A stretch of DNA of 64,000 nucleotides from Candidatus Hydrogenedentota bacterium (GTDB lineage: Bacteria; Hydrogenedentota; Hydrogenedentia; Hydrogenedentales; SLHB01): positions 1 through 64,000 of the forward strand of contig JARKSN010000316.1 in the NCBI GenBank assembly GCA_029974275.1, written 5' to 3'. Shown here piece after piece: positions 9,723 to 18,037 of this stretch (position 1 is the first letter of the stretch; every line of letters starts with the position of its first letter). Below the pieces are notes generated by a model. The model had not been told where the DNA came from. It saw nothing but the letters and a program-made list of their open reading frames with translations, and made no database searches. A program made the position numbers and the translations under genes.

Positions 9723-10276
9723 GTGAATGCGAACTCCTCGATCGGCGTGTACACAGGGCCGTGCGGCGTGAGGCGGCTGTGAAATAGGGTCATGCCGGAA
9801 ACGACGAACGCCCCGGCGTCGAAATCGCGTTCGGCGTGCAGCGCATCAGAGGCCTCCAGAGCGAAACGGCTGTCTCTTACGCGCGCCAACGTGACATGAG
9901 GATGAAACGCCTTGGTTTCCGCAGGCAGCCCTATCGCCTGAGCGGCCCGTTCGCTCAACTCCTGCGCTTGCACGAGGCTGGCATCCGAGGCAACGAGTCC
10001 AACCCATAGAACGCTTGGACGTCGCAGGCTGGGAAACGCTCCGACGCCCTGGACGCGAACCTCAAAGGGACGCAGCGATGTTGCTGCGTCACGCAGGGTC
10101 TGGCGCAATCGGACGGATTGGCCGTCGTCAATGTCGCCCAAGAACCGCAAGGTCAGGTGCATCCGGTTCGGGTGGACATACGTGATGCCCGGGAGCCGCG
10201 GCAACCGCTCGAGCAACCGAGCGATCTCGTTTCGCACGGAATCGGGAAATTCGATGGCAACGAAACTGCGCACCAT
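9719..10276 (-). CDS. thpR: RNA 2',3'-cyclic phosphodiesterase (2H phosphoesterase)
   Basis: RSFVAI start, two HxT motifs (HLTLRFLG, PHVTLAR), GAFPS..RPSVLW. Confidence 0.93.
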   Translation of the reverse strand: MVRSFVAIEFPDSVRNEIARLLERLPRLPGITYVHPNRMHLTLRFLGDIDDGQSVRLRQTLRDAATSLRPFEVRVQGVGAFPSLRRPSVLWVGLVASDASLVQAQELSERAAQAIGLPAETKAFHPHVTLARVRDSRFALEASDALHAERDFDAGAFVVSGMTLFHSRLTPHGPVYTPIEEFAFT

Positions 10277-10306
10277 GCTTTCTCCAGAAAAGCCGCTTTT
10301 CCCCGA

Positions 10307-11017
10307 TTATGCCTGGGGAGCGTTTGTAATAAGGCGGCTCCACGCGGCGTCATCGGCGCATGCCGGGGGAATGCCGATGTCGGCAACGGCGACGCGCCCA
10401 AGATACGCGGCGGCGGCGGGGTTGTCAAAACCTCTCTTGGGGAATTGAAACGTCACCGTCACGTCCGCGCGAACGCACGCCCCGCACGGCGCGCCCGCAT
10501 CGGCGTCCAAACCCGAGGGAAGGTCCACGGCCACCGTTGCGACGTCGGGCCATGCTTCGATCGCCGCGCGCGGCGCGCCGCACACTTCGCCCGAAATGCC
10601 CGTTCCCAACAAGGCGTCGACGATCACATCGCAGCAGGACATCCCCGCGATGGCGCTGCGGGCCGCGTCTTCATCCGGCGCCTCGATCGTTTGCCCGCCC
10701 AGTCGCTCGTACACGCGCAAGAATAACGCCGCGTCGCCTTGGATGTTCGATGGGGACGCAATCAGCACAGTGCGCACACGATGCCCCGCGAGCAGGGCCA
10801 ATCGCGCGACGACAAACCCGTCCCCGCCGTTGTTGCCTTTGCCGCACACCACGCCGATCGTGCTGGACTGCGGGGCATTCCGTTCGCACAGCAACGCCGA
10901 CACCTCGCGAAACACGGCGCCCCCGGCGTTGTTCATGAGCACAACGCCGGGGATGCCAAGTTCTTCGATGCAGCGCCGGTCGGCCTCGCGCATCTGCGCG
11001 GCGGTCAGACTTCGCAT
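10307..11017 (-). CDS. nnrE: NAD(P)H-hydrate epimerase (stand-alone YjeF N-terminal domain)
   Basis: QMREADR, CGKGNNGGDGFVVAR, IVDALLGTG, AVDLPSG, ADVTVTF, DIGIP. Confidence 0.92.
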   Translation of the reverse strand: MRSLTAAQMREADRRCIEELGIPGVVLMNNAGGAVFREVSALLCERNAPQSSTIGVVCGKGNNGGDGFVVARLALLAGHRVRTVLIASPSNIQGDAALFLRVYERLGGQTIEAPDEDAARSAIAGMSCCDVIVDALLGTGISGEVCGAPRAAIEAWPDVATVAVDLPSGLDADAGAPCGACVRADVTVTFQFPKRGFDNPAAAAYLGRVAVADIGIPPACADDAAWSRLITNAPQA

Positions 11018-11022
11018 GGCGG

Positions 11023-12489
11023 CTACCTCTTGGTTTGCGCGCGATAGGTTACCGTGGCCTCGCCGTCTTTGGGCACGGTGACGGGGAACACCGCCGTCGC
11101 GGCGTCGCGCTTACTGAACTCCTGCGATTTCTCGAGGATGCGCCAATCGCCGTACATGCGCTCGACCACGTTTACCGTGACTTCCGTGTCCTTGTGATTG
11201 CGCACGACGATTTTGAACGCGCTTTCGCTGATGTTTTGGGCGGGTTGCTGGAAATCGGTCTGCGTGCGTTCCACGGCGATATCGAAGGCTTTGCCGATGC
11301 CCAAGCGCACTTCTTCGTTCTTCGGCGTATGCCTGATCCGGTCTTCGCCCGCGAATTGCAGTGCGCCGCTGCTGTCCTGCTTGTACACGCGCATCGTGCC
11401 CGCGGGCAGCGGAATGCCCAGATGCGCCTTCTCCGCGTTCATGAACTTCAATAGCACCGCGACGTCCTGCCTGATTGGCCCGGAATCCGGACGCATGAAC
11501 GGCGTGAACAGGTCTTGGTCGCTCGACGTCTCGTATTCCTTCCTAATCCCCACTTGGGCCGCCGTCAGCAGGCTGATCTGCTTTGTCTGGTTTTGCTTGA
11601 TGGTCGTGCGGCGCGGCACGGTGTAGAGATGGTACTCGGCGAAACTCTCTTCGCGCGGCGGGGCAGGCGCCATCATCCCCTCTGCATACCCCAACATGTC
11701 GGCTCGGACTTTGAGCTGCTGCGAGCGCGGCGCAAGATTCACGTCGCCCGCGACCAGTTTCAGCTCCGCGTTCGTGTACTCCGTGCCCGACTGGTTCGAC
11801 AGCGTCACCCACCCCGCCAGGTCCATCGTGGCGTCGTCCTTGGCGAGGGTCAGCACATAATCGACTTGCCACGTCACGCCGTCGGTGAGATAACTCACTT
11901 CGATCTTCTGGTTCGGCAGGGCGTTGTTCACCTCCCACACCAACGTGGGCTTGGCGATGAGGTTGGCCGGTATCTCCGGCAGCACGACGTTGCCGGGATG
12001 TCCCAAATAAATCCGATCGCCAACTTTATAGATAGGCCCTTCGTTGTTGCTCAATAGGTCGGCGTCCACTTCTTGAAAGCCGATCTGGGTGCTGAAGTTC
12101 ACAAGCTTCACTTTCTTTCCAACATATTTTTCCATGAGTTTGTTCGGGCTCATCAGGTCGTATTCGTAATTCTGTTCGAGGATTGCAATCGACCCCGGCG
12201 CATCAAGCGATCGCAGGCTTACCGTCTCGGGGCGGATTTGCTGCGAAACGTCCATAAACTGGAGTTTGTGCTCGCCCGTTGGCGCCGACAGCGTGCGCAC
12301 ATCACGCACCAACGCGATGCCGCTGTTGTACGCGGTGACTCCGACGTCCACCCGATCGGCGAGGGTGCTCGCCACTCCCGAAGGCGCTGTGGGCGCGGAG
12401 ACGGACGGCGCGGACGCTACGGGCTCTTGAGCGCATGCCAGCGCCGCGATGAACAGAACGAGCATTGCCGTCACGAACGATGTTTTCAT
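11023..12489 (-). CDS. DUF4139-type exported protein
   Basis: Signal peptide; VTAYNSGIALVRDVR, ILEQNYEYDL, LAGWVTLSNQSG, LGIPLPAGTMRVY, FAGEDRIRHTP. Confidence 0.8.
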   Translation of the reverse strand: MKTSFVTAMLVLFIAALACAQEPVASAPSVSAPTAPSGVASTLADRVDVGVTAYNSGIALVRDVRTLSAPTGEHKLQFMDVSQQIRPETVSLRSLDAPGSIAILEQNYEYDLMSPNKLMEKYVGKKVKLVNFSTQIGFQEVDADLLSNNEGPIYKVGDRIYLGHPGNVVLPEIPANLIAKPTLVWEVNNALPNQKIEVSYLTDGVTWQVDYVLTLAKDDATMDLAGWVTLSNQSGTEYTNAELKLVAGDVNLAPRSQQLKVRADMLGYAEGMMAPAPPREESFAEYHLYTVPRRTTIKQNQTKQISLLTAAQVGIRKEYETSSDQDLFTPFMRPDSGPIRQDVAVLLKFMNAEKAHLGIPLPAGTMRVYKQDSSGALQFAGEDRIRHTPKNEEVRLGIGKAFDIAVERTQTDFQQPAQNISESAFKIVVRNHKDTEVTVNVVERMYGDWRILEKSQEFSKRDAATAVFPVTVPKDGEATVTYRAQTKR

Positions 12490-12605
12490 AATGACATCTC
12501 CTTTCCTGACCGACCGGCGAGCCGCCGGTCCTTTTCTGCAGGATCATCTTAGCACACGGCGTCTTCTTGGACACCGTCCGGGAAAGAAAAGTTCGGCAGG
12601 GCGCG

Positions 12606-12640
12606 AAAAAAAAACGACCTGCCGCATAAAAGGGCAGGCC
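12606..12640 (-). terminator. Intrinsic terminator downstream of dnaA
   Basis: On the minus strand, GGCCTGCC-cttttatgc-GGCAGGTC stem-loop then G and T9, about 20 nt after the dnaA stop. Confidence 0.7.
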
Positions 12641-12661
12641 GGTGGTACGTTTTGCGATGGA

Positions 12662-14029
12662 TTACGCCTGGGCGACTTTTTGAAGATGCGCCAGCACTTG
12701 TCGGGTTTCGGGATTATTGCGCGCTTTTTCGGCGATCTGCTGGCACGCGTACAGCACGGTTGTGTGGTCCTTGCCGCCGAAAGCCTCTCCAATTTCGCTT
12801 AGGGACAGATTCGGCACGAGGTCTTTGCATAAGAACATGGCGAGTTGCCTTGGGAAAGACACTTGCCGCTGGCGATTGCGGCTTTTGAGATCAGCGATGC
12901 GAAGATCGAAATACTCCGCGACGGCCCGCTGAATGTTTTCGATCGTGACAGGCTTGATTTTTTCCCGCCCGATAAGGTCGTGCAACACGTCTTCCGCAAC
13001 GTGCAGGGTGATCTTGCGTTCGGTCAGTTTCGCGTACGCGAGCAGCGTGATGAGCGTGCCTTCGAGCTCGCGGATATTCGTGGCGACGTAGGTCGCGATG
13101 TAGCGGAGGACATCCGCGGGAACGACGGCGTTTTCCTCTGCCGCCTTGTTCTGCAGGATGGCCACGCGCGTCTCGAGATCGGGGGGCTGAATATCCGTCA
13201 CCAACCCCCACTCGAAGCGCGAGAGCAAGCGATCCTCCAATCCATTGATTTCCTTGGGTTGTCGATCGCTCGACAGGACGATTTGCTTATGCATGTCGAA
13301 CAAGGCGTTGAACGTGTGGAAAAATTCTTCCTGCGTGGCTTCCTTGCCCGCGATGAAATGAATGTCGTCGATCAGGAGCACGTCCACCTTGCGAAAACGC
13401 GCACGGAATTTTTGCGTCGATTTCTTCGCGATGCTTTCGATCAGTTGATTCGTGAAATCTTCCGACGAAATGAAGGCAACGCTGGCCTCGGGCCTGCGTT
13501 GAAGGACTTCTTGGCCGATGGCTTGCATCAGATGCGTCTTGCCAAGCCCGGTATCGCCGTACAGGAACAACGGGTTGTACGCGCGCGCCGGACTCTCGGC
13601 GACCGCACGCGCCGCCGCATGGGCAAAACGATTGCCCGCGCCGATGACGAAACGGTCAAAGGTGTAGCGATGATTGAATCCGTCAAAACGTTGATCCACG
13701 CGCGCCAGCGGGCGCTTGGGCGTTTGCGACCTATTGCTGGGTTTTCCTGCAGGACCGTCCTGCGGCGCAGGGGGCATGTCCGTGACTGGGCGGAAAAACA
13801 CTTCGACAAAGCCGGGACTGCATTCGCGCATGCAATCGGAGATGGCCTCGATGTAATGATCGCGAAGCCAATCCGCGAAAAACTGACTCGGCACTCCTAT
13901 GGTCAACGATCCGTTATCGTAGGAAACAAACCGGGTCTGAGAAAACCAATTCTTGTAGCTATGTTCATCGAGTCGTTCTTGCAAGCGGGTCTGCGCCAAT
14001 TCCCAAGGATTATGTTTATCCGATACCAT
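12662..14029 (-). CDS. dnaA: Chromosomal replication initiator DnaA
   Basis: YTFDRFVIGAGNRFA, YNPLFLYGDTGLGKTHL (Walker A), LLIDDI, TQEEFFHTFN, GGKDHTTVLYA. ATG 14029 is preceded by AGGGAG. Confidence 0.99.
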   Translation of the reverse strand: MVSDKHNPWELAQTRLQERLDEHSYKNWFSQTRFVSYDNGSLTIGVPSQFFADWLRDHYIEAISDCMRECSPGFVEVFFRPVTDMPPAPQDGPAGKPSNRSQTPKRPLARVDQRFDGFNHRYTFDRFVIGAGNRFAHAAARAVAESPARAYNPLFLYGDTGLGKTHLMQAIGQEVLQRRPEASVAFISSEDFTNQLIESIAKKSTQKFRARFRKVDVLLIDDIHFIAGKEATQEEFFHTFNALFDMHKQIVLSSDRQPKEINGLEDRLLSRFEWGLVTDIQPPDLETRVAILQNKAAEENAVVPADVLRYIATYVATNIRELEGTLITLLAYAKLTERKITLHVAEDVLHDLIGREKIKPVTIENIQRAVAEYFDLRIADLKSRNRQRQVSFPRQLAMFLCKDLVPNLSLSEIGEAFGGKDHTTVLYACQQIAEKARNNPETRQVLAHLQKVAQA

Positions 14030-14287
14030 AGCCGCTCCCTGCATCAAGCGTCTGCCTCGTCTCCGAGAAGATTAAAGAATAAGCGCAGGCTGGGCGTCTC
14101 TTCCGGACATTTCGAAAGCGAAATGTTGCGTGCGAGCAGTCTTCCCAACCGCAATTTGAATCGCTCCCCCTGCCGGCGTTCCGTTGGTTTCTGTTCCTGC
14201 GTTACGTCTTGCATTCGTGCACAACGCGCCGCGCACCCCACCCTTGGGAACGCCTCCAAACGCTACGCCCCCGTCGTTGCGCGAGCG

Positions 14288-14329
14288 TTATCCACACGTT
14301 ATTCACAGGTTATTCACATGTTGTCCACA
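14288..14329 (+). promoter_or_regulatory. Cluster of four tandem DnaA boxes (probable oriC or dnaA autoregulation site)
   Basis: TTATCCACA (14288), TTATTCACA (14299), TTATTCACA (14310) and TTGTCCACA (14321): same orientation, exact 11-bp period, upstream of dnaA. Confidence 0.85.
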
Positions 14330-14357
14330 GGCCTATAAACAGGGCCTTTTCGCAACA

Positions 14358-14870
14358 TCAGGGGAGCGAGTTTGCCCCATCATCGGCCCCTTTGTCAAGG
14401 GGTTGATTATTCCCCGTACCGCAAAGGCCGCCGCTTCGCTTGATGCGCTGCCAGATCGCGTCTAACTCGGCAGGTTGGCAATCGGTCACAACGCGTCGCG
14501 AACCGTCGACTTCCGCCTCGAGTCGGGCAAAGCGATGCTGGAATCGTCGCGCAGCCGCGGCAAGCTCGCGTGCAGGATCGACGCCAAGAAAGCGGGCGAG
14601 GTTCACGGCCGTGAAGAGCAAGTCTCCTAATTCAGCCGCGGCCTCCTCGCGAGCAGAACGGCCAAGGGCCTCCTCAATTTCAGCGATTTCTTCGTGGATT
14701 TTCTCGGTCACGCCGGAAACATGGTCCCAATCGAATCCTGCGCGCGCCGCGTCCGCTTGAACGCGCCACGCCGTCTTGAAGGGTTCCGGCAGATCATGAG
14801 GAATGGGAACGGCGGCCCCGCACACTGTGGGTTCTGGCAATGCGACGCCCTCCGCTTGTATGTGTCGCAC
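14358..14870 (-). CDS. Single-domain MazG-like nucleotide pyrophosphohydrolase
   Basis: AWRVQADAARAGFDW...KIHEEIAEIEEA...ELGDLLFTAVNLARFLGVDP...RFQHRF resembles the C-terminal MazG domain. Start uncertain. Confidence 0.8.
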   Translation of the reverse strand: MRHIQAEGVALPEPTVCGAAVPIPHDLPEPFKTAWRVQADAARAGFDWDHVSGVTEKIHEEIAEIEEALGRSAREEAAAELGDLLFTAVNLARFLGVDPARELAAAARRFQHRFARLEAEVDGSRRVVTDCQPAELDAIWQRIKRSGGLCGTGNNQPLDKGADDGANSLP

Positions 14871-15150
14871 CTGAGACGAGAGCCTTCAATGTTTCTCTTG
14901 GGACGGCGGCAATGGGAACTGCACGATACGCGCCCCAACGCAGTATAGCAATGAAAGAGAAAATGCGCAACAGGAATGTGGGGCGCGTTTGGAGTCAGAG
15001 CGCGAGAGGAGTATGATTCCGTGACTCTCACGGCATGGCTGCGCGAAACCAGGTTTTCCGGTCTCGGCATCACAACGTCGATTCTCGACTGCGTCGAGCG
15101 ACGTGCGGCAGGGCGCGTAACGCGCATATCACCATGGAGGAAAGCGACGC

Positions 15151-17739
15151 ATGAAAAAAGGATCTCAATGTAGGATTGCGGCAGCGTGTGCCGTTGCCTG
15201 TCTGGCAGCGTTCGGAGCGTTTGCCCAGAACGACTCGCCGGTCTTCGATATCCCGTACGTTGGCAAGATGGAAGTGGATGGCCTTGGCGATCATTGGGGG
15301 GGGAAAGGCTTCAACGTCAACGTGATGGTTGGCAAGACTGGCAACTACCAGACGCCGGGCAACTTCGATCCGCGTTTCCGTCTCGGCTGGAACGAAGAGG
15401 GGTTGCTGGTTTTTGTCACGGTGGTCGATGATATCCGTGAAGAGACGAAGGACGAGACTCTCCTGTGGGATCGCGACTCGATGGAGATCTTTGTCGCCAA
15501 AAAGCGCGGCTCGCAAGAACTGATGCACATCGTGTTGACGCCCGGACAGATGCCCGAATTCCCGGGCGTTCGCTCCAAGCTCTTAGGGTTTCGCACCAGC
15601 GCGCCGCCGAAGCCGTTCACCGCAACCATCGTCAGTGCGCCGGCGCATGACGGGTTCGCGTACACCGTCGAGGCCATGATCCCCTGGTCGAATCTTGGCA
15701 TCGACGCCAAGCATGGAACGGAGTTCGGTTTTCAGATTTTTGTGAACGATGGCGACAAGACCCCGGCCCGGTTCCAGGCGGTGTGGTATCCGAAAACGCG
15801 CACGCACGAGAACCCCGATGCCATGCACCGCGTTCGTCTGGCCGCTGAAGGCAGCCCGGACATTAACGCCAGCATCCGCGGCGACTATGACAATTTCGGG
15901 CGTTTCCGCATCGGCGTCGTCACGGCTGCGCCCATGGCGGGCAAGGAAGTCACGGTCACGGACGGGCAGAAGTTGCTCGGTTCGGGCCCGTTGCTGCTGA
16001 ACAACGAGCGCGCTTCGCGCATCGTATACGCGCCGCTGCCGAAGATTGGCGAAAAATCCGGTGTCGCGCTTGTCCATGTTGATGGCAAGAAGGCCGCCGA
16101 ACTGCCTATGCCGAGCCCGGATGATCTACGCACGCGGTTTTTGTTGACGGCGCAGATCGTGTTTGACCCCTTTGTCTTCAGGGGCACGGCGTTTCCGACG
16201 CCCGACTTTGCCGACCCTGTGACCGCAGCGAACTATCTCGGCAATTACACGATCAGCACGAAGTTCTGTGACAAAGACTTCAACCTTGTGACCGCCGCCA
16301 AAGAGCCGGGCCGCTACGGCGCGGTTGTCGAGATTACCCCGGAGAACGGCAAGCCGTTTCACCGTTTTCGCACGGTCTATCGTATGCCCGCCGCGTTTGA
16401 AGACGTGAGCTGGGGCTTTTTTAACAGCGATGCGTCGGTCGCGCTTCCGCCGGAGTTGGGGATTGAGCCTGCCGTCGAGGAGTCCAATTCCTGGATGCTC
16501 GATAACTACATGCATCGCTTGTTCGAGGACGCGTTCACCAACGATCCGCGGTGGGCCGGGATCTTGGCTGGGCTTGCGGATTCGCAGGCCCCTGCGACGC
16601 CCGGCCCCTTTGTCGCCGGGAACAACGCCAAGGCTGTTGAGCGGCAGTGGTGGGTCGATTTCAAGCGTCATTACTACGGCACGGACAAAGAGTTCGCGAA
16701 GCCGTTCGAATGCCCTCGCCCGATCGAAGGGCCGCCTGCCCCTGTCGTGAAAAAGGGATCGGCGAAACAGGCCGGCATGAAGAAGGACGTCGTCAAGAAC
16801 ATCGACGCGATCTGCACAGAATGGGCGAAGGAGAGCAAGGAGCCGTTCGGCGTGTGCATCGTGCGCAACGGCGTCATGTTCTTCCACAAGGCGTACGGCG
16901 AGAAATACGGCAAGCCGATGACCACCGAGACGAAAACGTGGATGGCCTCGATCTCGAAGATGCTTGGCGGCACGCAGATGATGATGCTGGTGGACCAGGG
17001 AATCGTCGATCTCGACGCGCCGATCGATGCGTATTTGCCGACGTTCCGCAACATCCCGGTCGAGACGCCGATCACCACGCGGCATTTGTTCACGCACACC
17101 GCCGGCACCTGGATGGGCCTCACGCAGAAGGGCTTCTATCCCGATCACTGGGGCGACGAGTGGAACGACCTCGAAGAGCTGATGTCGGAAGCCTACCCGA
17201 CCTTGAAGGTCGGCAAGATTCAGGCCTACAACGGCCTCGGCTACGCCATTGCGGGCAAGATCATCGAGACGGTCACCGGCGAGGCGCAACCTTGCTACGC
17301 GAAAAAGCATTTCCTCGATCCGCTCGGCTGCACGCATACCGACATTGTCGACATGTCGGCGTATACGCGCAGTGTGCCGATGGATATGGCCAAGATCGGC
17401 CAGATGCTGCTGAACAAAGGCGCTTATGGCAACATGCGGTTCTTCAGCGAAGAGACCTTCAACAAAATGATGCCGGAGAAACAGACGAAACTGCTGGGCC
17501 CGAGCACGGACCTGGTGTGGGGCATCGGCACGGTGTGGATGCCCGAACCGGGCCTCAGCCCCAAGACCTTCGCGCACGGCGCGGCGTCATCGGCCACGCT
17601 CCGTATCGACCCGGAGAACCAACTCGTCATCGTCATGACGCGCAACACCGCCGGGCCGAAATTCAACGACTATCACCCGAAATTCATCAAGGCCATTGTG
17701 GACGGCATGGTGAATCCGTGGGTGCCCCCGGCGAAATAG
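15151..17739 (+). CDS. Exported CBM9-like sugar-binding domain fused to a serine hydrolase (beta-lactamase class C/esterase family)
   Basis: N-terminal VDGLGDHW...LGWNEEGLLVFVTVVDD...DSMEIF...YTVEAMIPWSNLG...FGFQIFVND; C-terminal ASISK (SxxK), ITTRHLFTHTAG, AYNG, DMAKIGQMLLNKG, FAHGA. Confidence 0.8.
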   Translation: MKKGSQCRIAAACAVACLAAFGAFAQNDSPVFDIPYVGKMEVDGLGDHWGGKGFNVNVMVGKTGNYQTPGNFDPRFRLGWNEEGLLVFVTVVDDIREETKDETLLWDRDSMEIFVAKKRGSQELMHIVLTPGQMPEFPGVRSKLLGFRTSAPPKPFTATIVSAPAHDGFAYTVEAMIPWSNLGIDAKHGTEFGFQIFVNDGDKTPARFQAVWYPKTRTHENPDAMHRVRLAAEGSPDINASIRGDYDNFGRFRIGVVTAAPMAGKEVTVTDGQKLLGSGPLLLNNERASRIVYAPLPKIGEKSGVALVHVDGKKAAELPMPSPDDLRTRFLLTAQIVFDPFVFRGTAFPTPDFADPVTAANYLGNYTISTKFCDKDFNLVTAAKEPGRYGAVVEITPENGKPFHRFRTVYRMPAAFEDVSWGFFNSDASVALPPELGIEPAVEESNSWMLDNYMHRLFEDAFTNDPRWAGILAGLADSQAPATPGPFVAGNNAKAVERQWWVDFKRHYYGTDKEFAKPFECPRPIEGPPAPVVKKGSAKQAGMKKDVVKNIDAICTEWAKESKEPFGVCIVRNGVMFFHKAYGEKYGKPMTTETKTWMASISKMLGGTQMMMLVDQGIVDLDAPIDAYLPTFRNIPVETPITTRHLFTHTAGTWMGLTQKGFYPDHWGDEWNDLEELMSEAYPTLKVGKIQAYNGLGYAIAGKIIETVTGEAQPCYAKKHFLDPLGCTHTDIVDMSAYTRSVPMDMAKIGQMLLNKGAYGNMRFFSEETFNKMMPEKQTKLLGPSTDLVWGIGTVWMPEPGLSPKTFAHGAASSATLRIDPENQLVIVMTRNTAGPKFNDYHPKFIKAIVDGMVNPWVPPAK

Positions 17740-17756
17740 AGGAAAGCGGATCAACT

Positions 17757-17867
17757 GTCATCGCGAGGGGCGATGCGGGGCGCGACGAAGTCTCATCGCA
17801 TCAGAGCCCTCGCGCCTCGGGGCAGTATTCCTGATGATTCCGATTGCTTCGCTTCGCGCGCAATGAC
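17757..17867. repeat. Degenerate palindromic REP/MITE-like element (GTCATyGCG...CGCAATGAC type)
   Basis: Termini GTCATCGCG and CGCAATGAC are inverted repeats with one mismatch; internal CGACGAAG and GATTGCTTCGCTTCGC; lies just after a stop codon. Confidence 0.6.
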
Positions 17868-18037
17868 CAGAAGCACGGTTTGGTGTGAAGAATGCGTGCC
17901 TTTGGCGGGGACGGCGTGCGAACCGACGAATTGGACCTGTCACAGCACTAACGCTACGCACCAAGGTGAAGACTCTTCGGCAACGAGGCCGTGTCGCGCT
18001 AGCCGGACTAGCGCGTGGCGGATGAGGTGTTCGACGC

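Noticed and set aside
14288..14329. Short tandem repeat as a CRISPR or iteron array
   Set aside because: Units are 9-mers matching DnaA boxes with 2-nt gaps; there are no spacers or cas genes. No CRISPR array was seen anywhere in the window.
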